A stretch of DNA of 63,623 nt, the filler included, from an uncultured Methanosarcinales archaeon (lineage in GTDB: Archaea > Nanobdellota > Nanobdellia > Woesearchaeales > CAYXTQ01): NCBI GenBank assembly GCA_964608065.1. It is 5 parts of 5 records of this genome, joined end to end, with 100 filler letters (N's around TTAATTAATTAA, not from the genome) between each part and the next. Parts side by side here need not be neighbours in the genome. Positions count along the whole stretch, not along the records: positions 1 to 13,359 come from CAZSMA010000038.1; positions 13,460 to 26,498 come from CAZSMA010000039.1; 3 more parts are not named here. One strand, given 5' to 3'. This document shows positions 9,016 through 19,879 of this stretch, one piece after another. The translations under genes were made by a program, and so were the position numbers. The first letter of the stretch is position 1. The number at the start of each line of letters is the position of its first letter. The notes under the pieces were generated by a model that saw nothing but the letters and a program-made list of their open reading frames with translations, was not told the DNA's origin and did no database searches.

Positions 9016-12000
9016 ATGTCATTCATAGTTGAACAGGATATTGAAAACGCGGCATTAGAAATACTGGATGAATTAGGCTACGACATAATCTACGGCCCTG
9101 ATATTGCTCCAGACAGCGATAATCCTAAAAGAACAAGCTGGGATGAAGTTGTTTTAAAAGAAAGATTAGAAACCGCACTAAAAAGAATTAACAAAGTTCC
9201 AAATGAAGCAATTGAAGAAGCAATAAAAAAAGTAACAAGGACAACAAGCCATAAAACAATAGTAAACAACGAAAGGTTCCACAATTTTCTTGTAAATGGT
9301 GTTGAAGTAGAAATTAGAGATAAAGGAAAGATAAGGGGAGTAATAGTAAGACTATTTGACTTTGAAAATCCAAAAAACAATGATTTCGCAGCAATTAATC
9401 AATTTACAGTTATTGAAAACAAGCACAATAGAAGGCCAGACATTGTTTTATTCATTAATGGACTCCCTATCGGTTTAATTGAACTAAAAAATCCAGCTTC
9501 AGCAACTGCCACAGTACAGTCAGCATATGAACAAATAGAGACCTATAAACAAGAAATTCCAAGTTTATTCAATCATAACGAATTTATTATTATAGCTGAC
9601 GGAACAGAATCAAAAGTAGGCACTATAACAAGTCCATGGGAATGGTTTTTGTCATGGAGAACAATAGATGGGAAAAAAAGAGAACCATTATCAAAAGCAC
9701 AGTTAGAAATCAACCTAAAAGGCATGTGCAATAAAGATGTAATTTTAGATTTAATCAGAAATTTCATTGGATTTCAAAAAACCAAAACTGAAACAACAAA
9801 GATAATTGCAGGTTATCATCAATATCATGCAGCAAATAAGTCAATTACAAAGACACTAAAAGCAGTTGGAAATACAAGGAAAGTCGGGGTAGTTTGGCAT
9901 ACGCAAGGATCAGGAAAGTCTTTTACTATGGCTTTCTATGTTGGGAAAATCACAAGAAACAAGGAAATGAAAAATCCTTCGATTGTGGTAATTACTGATA
10001 GAAATGATCTGGATGATCAATTATTCAACACATTTAGTGATCTCTCACAATTATTTAGAGAATCTCCTAAGAAAATAAACTCACAACCTGACTTAAAAAA
10101 ATTGTTAAAAGTATCATCTGGAGGAATCTTTTTTACCACAATACAAAAATTTCAGGAAAGAGCTAGTTCTGAATTTGAGCTTCTCTCTAAAAGAGATAAT
10201 ATTATAGTTGTTGCAGATGAAGCTCATAGAACTCACTATGGATTAAAAGCCAAATTCAATAAAAAACAAACACTAAAATACGGATTTGCTAAATACCTTA
10301 GAGATGCTCTTCCTAATGCTTCATTCTTAGGATTTACTGGAACTCCAATTGACTTTGCAGATAAAAGCACAAGAGCAATATTTGGAGGTTATATTGATGT
10401 TTATGATATGCACGCAGCAATTGAGGATAAAAGGGTTGTTCCAATATTCTATGATCCTAGAGTTGTAAAGCTTGGTAAGCATGAGGAAGTATTCAAGACT
10501 TTAGATGAAGATGTTGACGAAATAACTGAATTTGAAGAACAAACAAGTAAAGAATACCTGAAATCAAAATGGAGTACAATCGAAGCTTTAGTAGGTACAG
10601 AAGAAAGAATTGAGATAATTGCAAAGAATATTATCAGACATTTTGAATTAAAACAAAGTGTGATGGAAGGCAAAGCAATTATTGTCTGTATGAGTAGAAG
10701 GATTTGTGTAGAACTCCATAACAAAATAAAAAAACTAAAGCCAGACTGGTATCATAAAGAGGATAATAAAGGTAAAATAAAGATTATAATGACTGGCTCA
10801 GCAGATGATGGGAAAGAATGGCAGCAACATATTAGAACTAAACAAAAAAGAAAGGAAATGGCAGAGCTATTTAAAAATCCTGATTCAGATTTCAAAATTG
10901 CAATTGTTAGGGATATGTGGCTTACTGGATTTGATGTTCCCTCACTTAATACGATGTATTTGGACAAACCAATTAGACATCATAATCTTATGCAGGCTAT
11001 TGCAAGAGTTAATAGGGTCTATAAAGTAAAGCAAGGAGGAATAGTTGTAGACTTTATTGGTATTGCTGAAGAGTTAAAGAAAGCAATTACTATTTATTCT
11101 CAAAGCAAAGGAGAAGGTACACCAGCATATGATATTAAAGTAGCAGTCTCTTTAATGAAGGAAAAATATCAAGTGTTGAAAGATATGCTTCATAATTACC
11201 CATACATAAAGTTCTTTAAAGCCTCATCAAAGGAAAAAATGAGGATCATACCAGAACTTATGGATTTCATACTAAAACTAGATAAAGGCAAGGAAAGATT
11301 TGTAAAAAATTCAGGTCTTCTGATGAGATCATTATCTTTAGCAGCAGCAGAACCTGAAGCACAAGAAATTAGAGATGAAGCTGCACTTTTCCAGGCTATT
11401 GCTAATGCATTTAAGAAAACAGAGATTAAAGGCACAAAAAGTAAAGTTATTTCTGATGCAGCAATAAAACAGCTAGTTTCAAAAGCAGTATCTGCTCATG
11501 GCGTGATAGATGTTTACAAGGAACTTGGCATGGACAAACCAGAGATTTCAGTTTTATCTGATAAGTTTTTATCAGAATTTCAAAATATGAAGTACAAAAA
11601 TTTGGCTTTTGAAGCTTTAAAGAAGATATTAAATGATGAAATAAGGGTCATATTCAAAGATAATAAGGTAAAGAGTAGAAAATTTTCAGAAAGACTGGAA
11701 GAAGCAATAAGGAGATATCAAAACAAAAGCATAACTTCAGCACAAGTAATTATTGAATTAGTTGAAATAGCCAAAGAAGTAAGGGAAGCGCAAAAGAGGG
11801 GAGAGGAATTAGATCTTAGTGATGAAGAAGTTGCTTTTTATGATGCATTAGCTGATAATGAGAGTGCTATCAACGAACTAGGAGAAGATATTATTAAAAA
11901 GATGGCTAGGGAGTTAACTGAATATTTGAGAAAAAATACTAATATAGATTGGAAGATAAGAGACACTGTTAGGGCAAAATTAAGGATAGGTGTTAGAAGA

Positions 12001-12183
12001 TTATTGAAGAAATATGGATATCCCCCTGATAAACAAGCAATTGCAACTGATTTAGTTTTAGAACAGGCCGAATTACTGTCGGATAAATGGGCTGAAGAAG
12101 ATGAATCAATGATCAGTAAATTAATTAGTGACCCTCAGAATGAATATGCTGTAACTGATAAGAAACCCAAATATAATCCTTAA
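9016..12183 (+). CDS. hsdR: Type I R-M restriction subunit R
   Basis: RPDIVLFINGLP..IELK, HTQGSGKS, DEAHR, FTGTP, MWLTGFD, QAIARVNR. Confidence 0.97.
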   Translation: MSFIVEQDIENAALEILDELGYDIIYGPDIAPDSDNPKRTSWDEVVLKERLETALKRINKVPNEAIEEAIKKVTRTTSHKTIVNNERFHNFLVNGVEVEIRDKGKIRGVIVRLFDFENPKNNDFAAINQFTVIENKHNRRPDIVLFINGLPIGLIELKNPASATATVQSAYEQIETYKQEIPSLFNHNEFIIIADGTESKVGTITSPWEWFLSWRTIDGKKREPLSKAQLEINLKGMCNKDVILDLIRNFIGFQKTKTETTKIIAGYHQYHAANKSITKTLKAVGNTRKVGVVWHTQGSGKSFTMAFYVGKITRNKEMKNPSIVVITDRNDLDDQLFNTFSDLSQLFRESPKKINSQPDLKKLLKVSSGGIFFTTIQKFQERASSEFELLSKRDNIIVVADEAHRTHYGLKAKFNKKQTLKYGFAKYLRDALPNASFLGFTGTPIDFADKSTRAIFGGYIDVYDMHAAIEDKRVVPIFYDPRVVKLGKHEEVFKTLDEDVDEITEFEEQTSKEYLKSKWSTIEALVGTEERIEIIAKNIIRHFELKQSVMEGKAIIVCMSRRICVELHNKIKKLKPDWYHKEDNKGKIKIIMTGSADDGKEWQQHIRTKQKRKEMAELFKNPDSDFKIAIVRDMWLTGFDVPSLNTMYLDKPIRHHNLMQAIARVNRVYKVKQGGIVVDFIGIAEELKKAITIYSQSKGEGTPAYDIKVAVSLMKEKYQVLKDMLHNYPYIKFFKASSKEKMRIIPELMDFILKLDKGKERFVKNSGLLMRSLSLAAAEPEAQEIRDEAALFQAIANAFKKTEIKGTKSKVISDAAIKQLVSKAVSAHGVIDVYKELGMDKPEISVLSDKFLSEFQNMKYKNLAFEALKKILNDEIRVIFKDNKVKSRKFSERLEEAIRRYQNKSITSAQVIIELVEIAKEVREAQKRGEELDLSDEEVAFYDALADNESAINELGEDIIKKMARELTEYLRKNTNIDWKIRDTVRAKLRIGVRRLLKKYGYPPDKQAIATDLVLEQAELLSDKWAEEDESMISKLISDPQNEYAVTDKKPKYNP

Positions 12184-12836
12184 TCTTTTTTCTCAAAACT
12201 ATAATAATTATCTTTAGAAATTATAATGTAGTCTAGCAGTTTAATGTTTAGTAAGTCTGCTGATTTTTTTATTATGTTATTAATTAGAAAGTCTTGCTCG
12301 CTTGGCTCACAATCCCCACTAGGATGATTATGCACCAGTATAATCGCATTAGCGCTGTTCTTTATTGCTTCCTTAAAGACTTCTCTTGGATGAACTAAAG
12401 AACTATTTAAAGTTCCAACTGATATCAACTCTTCCTTGATAATCCTGTTCTTAGAATCTAATAATAAAGCATAGAAATGTTCTTTTTTGAAATCTCTCAT
12501 CTTTTCCATATAATAGGAAGCAACATCAGAAGCTGAATTAATAACTTTACCAGTAATCTTTCCAGCATTTACCCTTTTACTTAATTCAAAAGCAGCAATA
12601 ATCTTACATGCCTTAGCAAAACCAATGCCTTTAACCTGAATTAATTCAGTTAAACTCAAAGAATTTAAATTATCTAAACCATATTTAGTAATTAACCTAT
12701 TACTTAAATCAATAACATTCTCTCCTTTAGAACCATTCTGCAATAAAACAGCAAGTAATTCAGCATCGCTTAAATTATCACCATTCTTCAACCTCTCACG
12801 CGGTCTTTGTTCCAAAGATATATCTTTTATTAACAT
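12180..12836 (-). CDS. radC: RadC/JAB-domain protein
   Basis: RPRERL, LSDAELLA, HPREVF, HNHPSG. Confidence 0.95.
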   Translation of the reverse strand: MLIKDISLEQRPRERLKNGDNLSDAELLAVLLQNGSKGENVIDLSNRLITKYGLDNLNSLSLTELIQVKGIGFAKACKIIAAFELSKRVNAGKITGKVINSASDVASYYMEKMRDFKKEHFYALLLDSKNRIIKEELISVGTLNSSLVHPREVFKEAIKNSANAIILVHNHPSGDCEPSEQDFLINNIIKKSADLLNIKLLDYIIISKDNYYSFEKKD

Positions 12837-12877
12837 TTTACCAAAAAGTTTAAAACCTCCAAAAACTTACTAAAAAT

Positions 12878-13183
12878 ATGAACATACTCTTCATATGCAA
12901 CCAAAACCAAAATAGAAGCAAAACAGCTGAAAAGCTTCTTAAAAGTAAATATAACACTAAATCTGCAGGTCTGTACAATGAAAAACCAGTAACAAAAGAA
13001 CAAATCAATTGGGCAGATACAATATTGGTAATGGAAGAATCTCAAAGACAAGAAATTGGAAAAAGATTTCCTAAAGAATACATGCAAAAACGCATTCTCT
13101 CTTTGAATATTCCAGATGTTTACCATTATGATCAGCCTGAACTAAAAACAATACTTAATGAAAATATTCAGTCCATTCTCTGA
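12878..13183 (+). CDS. LMW protein-tyrosine-phosphatase-like protein
   Basis: P-loop 'LFICNQNQNRS', 'SAG', 'WADTILVME'. Confidence 0.85.
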   Translation: MNILFICNQNQNRSKTAEKLLKSKYNTKSAGLYNEKPVTKEQINWADTILVMEESQRQEIGKRFPKEYMQKRILSLNIPDVYHYDQPELKTILNENIQSIL

Positions 13184-13319
13184 ATTGTTCTAAAGCTTTC
13201 TCAATCTTAGAAAACAATTTGGTATCAGATATACCTAAATCTGGAATTCTTTTGGTAACCTTATATTGGCTTCCATTGTCCTTTAATTCTATTATGCTTA
13301 CTTCCCATTTTATACTCAT
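13155..13319 (-). CDS. Small hypothetical protein (54 aa, absent from ORF track)
   Basis: GAGGTGA RBS; MSIKWEVSIIELKDNGSQYKVTKRIPDLGISDTKLF...W. Confidence 0.6.
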   Translation of the reverse strand: MSIKWEVSIIELKDNGSQYKVTKRIPDLGISDTKLFSKIEKALEQFREWTEYFH

Positions 13320-13359
13320 TTCTATCACCTCTTGCTATTCGCATTTTGTTTCAATGAGG

Positions 13360-13459
13360 NNNNNNNNNNNNNNNNNNNNNNNNNNNNNNNNNNNNNNNNN
13401 NNNTTAATTAATTAANNNNNNNNNNNNNNNNNNNNNNNNNNNNNNNNNNNNNNNNNNNN
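13360..13459. other. Artificial contig linker
   Basis: N-run containing TTAATTAATTAA. Confidence 0.99.
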
Positions 13460-14018
13460 TGATTCTCTAAAGCTATATTTAAACTTGATTGCAGAGCATA
13501 ATGATAAAGATGTTTTTGATAAAGAGGTAATAGAGGCATATTACTTAGGTAATAATTTATTAGAGAATGTTCCTGCTGAAGAAATTAAAAATTTGATCTT
13601 AAAAGAGTTTACTAAATCTGGTAGGTCAAAAGAAGTGGCTTTTAATTTAGCAAGTAAAGTTCCTAAAAATGCTTTACCTGATCATAATTTTCATGTTTTC
13701 CATATACACGAAGCTACAAAGAAAACAGGGACTTTAACAAACATAGATAAATGCAGGATTAGTTGTGGCAAAGTAAAGCATGTTGGCAATAATAAATTAA
13801 TAGTCGCTTATACTCCTGTAGAGTCTAAAGGTAAAATAACTCTAGGAAATCCTAAAGAAATAGAAGTTGATTACGATAGAGAATTTTTACCAAATCTCAA
13901 AGAAGGAGATTATATAAGCATGCATTGGGGTCTTGCAATACAAGTTATAGATGAAAAACAAAGAGATAATCTAAAAAAATATACAGAAAGAAATATTGGG
14001 GCTATGAATTCACTTTAA
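13460..14018 (+). CDS. DUF6390-like protein, 5'-truncated, HypC-like C-terminus
   Basis: 'VIEAYYLGN', 'HNFHVF', 'DKCRIS', 'GDYISMHWG'. Confidence 0.7.
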
Positions 14019-14319
14019 CTTCTTTTAGAATAATATCTTTTCCTTCATAAACTTTAGGCAAACCACTGCATTTAGGACAAACAAATAAAGTCATTCCAGC
14101 TTTTTTTCCCAAAATCTTAGGATTGCCTTCATAACCACAAGAACATTTTACTTTGCTTCTTTTTGTAGCTACTAAAACTTGCCAGTCAACCATTTCTTTT
14201 ATAGAAGCTTCTATTTCTTCTGCAGAAACATTAGATAGTTCACCAACCTCTACTAATATGGACTTAACATCTCCTTTTCTTTTTGCCTTTTCTATTATCT
14301 GCTTTACAATCTCATTCAT
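14002..14319 (-). CDS. hypA: HypA-like Ni/Zn metallochaperone
   Basis: 'VEVGELS', CxC..CPxC Zn site, 'EGKDIIL'; starts MNE rather than MHE. Confidence 0.7.
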   Translation of the reverse strand: MNEIVKQIIEKAKRKGDVKSILVEVGELSNVSAEEIEASIKEMVDWQVLVATKRSKVKCSCGYEGNPKILGKKAGMTLFVCPKCSGLPKVYEGKDIILKEVKVNS

Positions 14320-14785
14320 TTTCTACAGTAAAAGTAGTTTCTTTTTTATATAAAACATGATTGTTGTAAACAATTTTAGTTGTAAATGTGTGTTCTCCTG
14401 TAAGAACCTTTGTATCAAGGTTAAAGTTTTCAATATCTATGCTGTAAGTGTAATCTCCAATATAACCATAACCTTCATAATCAGCTATTTCTAAAGTTCC
14501 TTGTGCGTATTCGTAAGGTTCATTACTTATTTTAATAAATTCTTTAATTGGAATAGAAGCTTCTCTGTCATCTAATGAAACCATTACTAAAGAGTCTTTA
14601 GGAATAAGCTCGTTTTTGCTTAATTTTAAGGTCACTTTTGCTGTTACAGTTCTTTCATCAGTTGGGTTAATATCTGAAACAGCCATTCCTGTTGGACCTA
14701 GTGTTGGTTTAGTAAAAGTAAAAATAGTTGCAAATATGATTAAGCTTAATATAGGAACAATATAGAGTTGAATTTTTTTTAACAT
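14312..14785 (-). CDS. Membrane-anchored hypothetical protein
   Basis: N-terminal TM helix followed by 'TGMAV'. Confidence 0.7.
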   Translation of the reverse strand: MLKKIQLYIVPILSLIIFATIFTFTKPTLGPTGMAVSDINPTDERTVTAKVTLKLSKNELIPKDSLVMVSLDDREASIPIKEFIKISNEPYEYAQGTLEIADYEGYGYIGDYTYSIDIENFNLDTKVLTGEHTFTTKIVYNNHVLYKKETTFTVENE

Positions 14786-15720
14786 TTTTTGATTTTTGAA
14801 ACGAAAAATCCTTCAGTATCATTATCCTGGGGCCATATTCTTAAGATATTTTTTATCTCCTTATTATATTTTCTGTCTTCAAACTCTAATACAGGCTTGC
14901 TTTTTCTTATATCAATTTTTATTTCTTCTAATTTAGCATTATCATATTTATCCAATAAAAAATCTATCACTCCTTCATTTTCCTCTGGCTCTATAGAACA
15001 TGTTGAATAAACTAAACATCCCCCTGGTTTCAGAGCATTAAACCCTGTTTCAATCAATTGTTTCTGTGTTGCACACAACCTCTTGATCATATTCAAGTTC
15101 CAAATCCTTAATGTCTTCAATGATTTTCTTACTGTTCCTGTCCCAGAGCAAGGAGCATCTACAAGTATTTTATCAAATAATATATTTTTAAAATATCTTC
15201 CTTCCATTAATGTGATTATAGCATTAGTTGCACCAGCTCTCTGAAGATTTATAGATAAAGGGGGAATCCTCATACCCTTATAGTCATTAGCAATTAAAAC
15301 TCCTTTGTTTTTCATTAAAGCTGCAATCTGTGTTGTTTTTGACCCTGGTGAAGCGCACATATCTAATACAAACTCATTCTCCTTAGGCTCTAAAACCAAA
15401 GGTGGAATCATAGAAGCAGCATCCTGCACATAAATATATCCTAAAAGATGTTCTTTTGTATTTCCAATATCTAATCTTCCTTTTTTATGTTTTACCCAGA
15501 ATCCTTCATTACACCATGGTATCTGTTCTAGCTCCCAATTTTTCTCTAACCTTTTCTTTGCTTCTTTCACACTTATCTTCAAAGTATTAACTCTTACAGA
15601 TCTTCTAGGAAATGATAAGCAATACTTCTTAAAAACTTCAAAATCAGTTAACTTAGAGTATCTTTTAACAAATTCTTCCTTAAATTCCACTTCTTTATGA
15701 TTAGGCATTAATTCAGGCAT
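14779..15720 (-). CDS. RsmB/NOP2/NSUN RNA m5C methyltransferase
   Basis: QDAASM, DMCASPGSKT, DAPCSG, YSTCS. Confidence 0.95.
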   Translation of the reverse strand: MPELMPNHKEVEFKEEFVKRYSKLTDFEVFKKYCLSFPRRSVRVNTLKISVKEAKKRLEKNWELEQIPWCNEGFWVKHKKGRLDIGNTKEHLLGYIYVQDAASMIPPLVLEPKENEFVLDMCASPGSKTTQIAALMKNKGVLIANDYKGMRIPPLSINLQRAGATNAIITLMEGRYFKNILFDKILVDAPCSGTGTVRKSLKTLRIWNLNMIKRLCATQKQLIETGFNALKPGGCLVYSTCSIEPEENEGVIDFLLDKYDNAKLEEIKIDIRKSKPVLEFEDRKYNKEIKNILRIWPQDNDTEGFFVSKIKKC

Positions 15721-15763
15721 GATATAGTAAAATTAATATACTTATTTAAAGTTGTTGTTTTGT

Positions 15764-16498
15764 ATGACTTTAAAAGATTTTAAAAGAAACTTAGAAAGGT
15801 TTGAGAATCTAATCAAAAGTATAGAAAGCGATAAAAAAAAAGGGGGAATGAAGAAGAGATTTGATTTTAGTGAGAACAAACTGCAGTATTATATCAATTC
15901 TGCAAAAAGTGCTTTTAAGGATTTAAAAGATAGTTTATGGGACCTACACTATTTGGTCAAAGATAATAAAAAAAATGAAGAAATTTATCTGGAAATAGTC
16001 AAAGACATCAAAGATATAGAAAGCAAAGACAACAAGAAATCACTTGAAATAATAAGTAAGACAAAAGAAAAAATAAAAAAAATTAAAGAAGTTGAAGAAG
16101 ACATTAATTTAGACATAAAATTTATTCCTACAGATGTCAGAGCTGATGTCAATGCTGATATTCAGGAATTAAGAAAATGTTATAAAGCTGGTTGTTACAG
16201 AAGCTCTGTAATCTTATGCGGAAGATTATTAGAAACTGCATTGCACAGAAAATATTACGAGATAACAGGTCAGGATATTTTAGAAAAAAATCCTGGAATT
16301 GGTCTGGGCAAATTAATAGCTAAACTATCTGAAAAAGAAGTCAAATTTGATCCAGGTGTTAAAGAACAGATTCATGTAATAAATAATATAAGGATCCAGT
16401 CAGTTCACAAGAAAAAAGACGCTTTTTATCCAGGTAAATCACAAGCATATGCCATAATGCTATTTACAACAGATGTTTTAGAGAAGTTGTTCAAATGA
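15764..16498 (+). CDS. DUF4145/HEPN-like domain protein
   Basis: 'CY..SVILCGRLLE', 'R.QSVH' RxxxxH-like motif. Confidence 0.65.
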   Translation: MTLKDFKRNLERFENLIKSIESDKKKGGMKKRFDFSENKLQYYINSAKSAFKDLKDSLWDLHYLVKDNKKNEEIYLEIVKDIKDIESKDNKKSLEIISKTKEKIKKIKEVEEDINLDIKFIPTDVRADVNADIQELRKCYKAGCYRSSVILCGRLLETALHRKYYEITGQDILEKNPGIGLGKLIAKLSEKEVKFDPGVKEQIHVINNIRIQSVHKKKDAFYPGKSQAYAIMLFTTDVLEKLFK

Positions 16499-17268
16499 GA
16501 CTAGGATTAGTATTAGGAGCAGGAGCTGCAAGAGGATTAGCATATATTGGTGTAATTAGGGTTCTTGAGAAAAATGGTATTAAGCCAGATTATATTATGG
16601 GAATCAGTATAGGTGCTGTGATTGGAGCTTATTATGCTCTGTATGGAGAGATTGATAGTATTATGGATAAGGTTAAATTTAGCAGGAGAGAAGTTTTTGC
16701 TATGATGGATGTAAAAAGGCCAGTGAAAAGTTTAATTGGCGGGAGAAAAATAAAAACGTTTTGGAGAAAACAATTTAAGAACAAAACCTTTGATGATTTA
16801 AAGATGCCTTTAGGAGTAATAACTACAGATCTTGAAGCTGGTGAAGAATATGTTATTACAAAGGGCAAGCTGTTAAAGGCTTTAATGGCAAGTGCAGCTG
16901 TTCCAGGTTTATTACCACCAGTAAAAATGGATAAAAGGTGGCTTGTTGATGGTGATGTAGCACACTGTAATCCTGTTGAATTAATAAAAAAGCATGTAGA
17001 TAAAGTGATATATGTTGATGTTATGACAGATACTAAGAAAAAAATTAAGAAGCTTAATATTGTTAAGACTTTGATTTATTCTTATGATGTAAAAAGGAAG
17101 AAGGTGCTTAATGATATACAAAGAAGAAAAGATACAGTAGTGATTAAACCAAACGTTAGCGATGGTTTTAATTATATGGAATTTTCTAAATATGATAAAT
17201 TTATATTCGAAGGACAGAAAGCTACTTTGAGGAAGATTAAAGAGATAAAGAGATTAATAAACAGATAA
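16495..17268 (+). CDS. Patatin-like phospholipase
   Basis: GAGAARG, GISIG, ASAAVPG, DG(D). Confidence 0.92.
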   Translation: MRLGLVLGAGAARGLAYIGVIRVLEKNGIKPDYIMGISIGAVIGAYYALYGEIDSIMDKVKFSRREVFAMMDVKRPVKSLIGGRKIKTFWRKQFKNKTFDDLKMPLGVITTDLEAGEEYVITKGKLLKALMASAAVPGLLPPVKMDKRWLVDGDVAHCNPVELIKKHVDKVIYVDVMTDTKKKIKKLNIVKTLIYSYDVKRKKVLNDIQRRKDTVVIKPNVSDGFNYMEFSKYDKFIFEGQKATLRKIKEIKRLINR

Positions 17269-19794
17269 CTATTCCAATTTCCCCTTAAACTCTTCCAGCT
17301 CTTTAAGAAATCTCTTTATAGTGTTCTTTATGAAATGCGGCTGTGTTCTTAACACTTCAGAAGTCTTAACCAGAAGATCACCTTTATGTATTTCCTTAGA
17401 AACAAGTTCTAGTTCATGCATAGCAATTTTCTTGCCTTTTTTCAAAGCCTTCCTTGCTTTTTTCCATTTACTAAACAACTCTTCAGCTCTTGCTGGAATC
17501 TCCTCTTCTTTAACATTAAGTAATTTTGCTATTTCTTCTAAAGCTCCAATTTCCTTTTTCTCTTCATGAACTTTAGCTTTTCCAGCTTTGAATGTAATCC
17601 TTACAACACCATCCTGTATCTTAGTTGATTTTATTATTTTTATTTCTCCAGCTTCAGAAGTATTGTTCAGATGAGTTCCACCGCAAGCCTCAGTATCAGT
17701 CCCAGCTATATCCACTACTCTTATTTTCTTGCCTGGAACTGCTCCTCCCTGATAAATCTCCATTCCATATTTTTTCTCAGCTTCTGACCTTGGCAAAAAG
17801 AATTTATTAACTTTAAGATTAGATTTGACAATTTTATTAGCTTCATTCTCTATCGCTTTAAGTTCTTTATCAGAAATACTTTCATAATGTGTTACATCTA
17901 AATGTGCTTTTTCTGTTGTTTTCTTAGCTCCAGCCTGAAAAACATGTTTTCCAAGAATTTTTCTTGCAGCAGCATTTATTATATGTGTGGCAGTATGGTG
18001 CTGTGCTAACTGTAATCTTCTGTCTTTATCTAGCTTAACTTCTACTATATCTCCTTCTTTAAATTCAGGTTTATTATCAAGAACATGGACAATAACAGAG
18101 CCTTGTTTAAAGACATCAATAATTTTTTGATTATTAATAGTTCCAATATCGTGTATTTGTCCACCAGAAGTAGGGTAAGCTACTGTTTTATCTAATATTA
18201 CATAGTTATCTATTATTTTTAGAACTTTAGCTTTGTTTTCAAGTTTAAGATAATCATCAAAATACAAAGCTTCTGTATCATGAATATTCTTTAAATTAAG
18301 TTTTTCTTTTCTTTCAGTAGCATGCTCCTGCTCTTTTTGCTCATGCAAATCAGCAACTCTTGCATAAAAATTATCAGGAACCTCTATTTTTCTCCCTAAT
18401 TTTAAAGCTTCTTCTCTGATTATTTCAGGAGAAATGCCTTGGCTGTCATATAGCTGTAATAATTTTTTTTCATTCACTTCTGTTTTTACAAGATTTCTAA
18501 TGATCTGTTTTGATTTTTGCTTTGTAGCTTCAAATTTGCTTTTCTCAACATCAATTATCTTCTCAACTTCATCTAAATTCTTGCTCAACTCAGGAAATAA
18601 GGGTTTTAGATAAGATGCATGCTGCTTGCATACTCCAAAAATATCAATATCCCATTTGTATTTTTCAATAAAAGATAATGCTCTCCTTAAGATTATCCTC
18701 AGATTATAGCCTCCGCCAACATTACTAGGCAAAGCTCCGTCAGACAAAGCAACCAACAAAGCCCTTGAATGCTCTGCCACAGAATACAAAGCAGCAATCT
18801 TAGATATTTTTTCTCTTAATTCTTTTACATCTACTTTGATTTTCTTTGCAACAAAATTCCATATTTTATCAATATCCTCAACTTCATCAACATTCAGATA
18901 AGAGGAATAAGGCAAAAACTTCTTCATAAGCTCATTATCAACCTTAATATCAGTAGAAGAATATAATTTCTTCATAACAGTCGGCATTACAGCATCATAA
19001 CTTGTACTTGTAGCATTTGTAAACCATGTGTTTCTTTCATGACCCATACCCATGTCTAAAACTTTAAGATTAAGTTCTTTAAAACCTTCAGGAGTTTTCT
19101 CATACAGCATGTAAACCTGATTTCCCAGCTCTAATCCTCTTGAGAAATACTCCATACAAGGTCCGAAATTGCCACCACCAGCCCAAGCATCCTCATGATA
19201 AGTTATTTCCTCATTCTTTAACCCTAAACCTTTAGCTAACCAGTTATGTATATCTGTAAAATATCTGTCCTGATCCCATTCTTTCTTTGTATCAAAAGCA
19301 TGCTGTCCTATCATTACAAACCCAGTATAATGTGCTCCTGTTATTCCAACATTATCTATATCATTAAATCTCAAACAAAATTGAGGAACAACTAAAGGGT
19401 TAGCAGGCGGTTCTACTTCACCTGAAACAACATAAGGCTGGAAATCATAAATAGATGCCTGCACAAAGTCAGTATCATCTCTCCATCTTGCAGCAACAGG
19501 ATATCTTGCTATTGGAGTATACCCATATTTTTTGAATAGTTTTGAGAATAATTGCCATGTTTCTATATAATCTAGTTTTCTTTTTGCTGGGGTATCATTA
19601 ATAAATCTGAATCCTCCAGAACAAGCAGGGTCTCCGCATGTATCTGCGTTAGTTGTAGTCCAGAAATATGTTCCGCATTTACACTTTTTTCTCTTAAAAC
19701 CTTCTTTTTTTAAGATATTAGTAGAATAGTATCTGTTAGGATCTTTGCTTGCCTTAATCTTGAATTCTTTCTTTATTGTTTTGTCTGAAACCAT
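17269..19794 (-). CDS. alaS: Alanine--tRNA ligase (archaeal type)
   Basis: ASIYDFQP, CLRFNDIDNVG, WAGGGNFGP, HTATH, CGGTH. Confidence 0.97.
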   Translation of the reverse strand: MVSDKTIKKEFKIKASKDPNRYYSTNILKKEGFKRKKCKCGTYFWTTTNADTCGDPACSGGFRFINDTPAKRKLDYIETWQLFSKLFKKYGYTPIARYPVAARWRDDTDFVQASIYDFQPYVVSGEVEPPANPLVVPQFCLRFNDIDNVGITGAHYTGFVMIGQHAFDTKKEWDQDRYFTDIHNWLAKGLGLKNEEITYHEDAWAGGGNFGPCMEYFSRGLELGNQVYMLYEKTPEGFKELNLKVLDMGMGHERNTWFTNATSTSYDAVMPTVMKKLYSSTDIKVDNELMKKFLPYSSYLNVDEVEDIDKIWNFVAKKIKVDVKELREKISKIAALYSVAEHSRALLVALSDGALPSNVGGGYNLRIILRRALSFIEKYKWDIDIFGVCKQHASYLKPLFPELSKNLDEVEKIIDVEKSKFEATKQKSKQIIRNLVKTEVNEKKLLQLYDSQGISPEIIREEALKLGRKIEVPDNFYARVADLHEQKEQEHATERKEKLNLKNIHDTEALYFDDYLKLENKAKVLKIIDNYVILDKTVAYPTSGGQIHDIGTINNQKIIDVFKQGSVIVHVLDNKPEFKEGDIVEVKLDKDRRLQLAQHHTATHIINAAARKILGKHVFQAGAKKTTEKAHLDVTHYESISDKELKAIENEANKIVKSNLKVNKFFLPRSEAEKKYGMEIYQGGAVPGKKIRVVDIAGTDTEACGGTHLNNTSEAGEIKIIKSTKIQDGVVRITFKAGKAKVHEEKKEIGALEEIAKLLNVKEEEIPARAEELFSKWKKARKALKKGKKIAMHELELVSKEIHKGDLLVKTSEVLRTQPHFIKNTIKRFLKELEEFKGKLE

Positions 19795-19879
19795 ACTAGA
19801 ATAAGATTTTTGATTGAATATAAAAGTTTTGGTTTTTTAGTTAATTAAATAGAATTCAATACTAAAAATAAAAAAAAAA

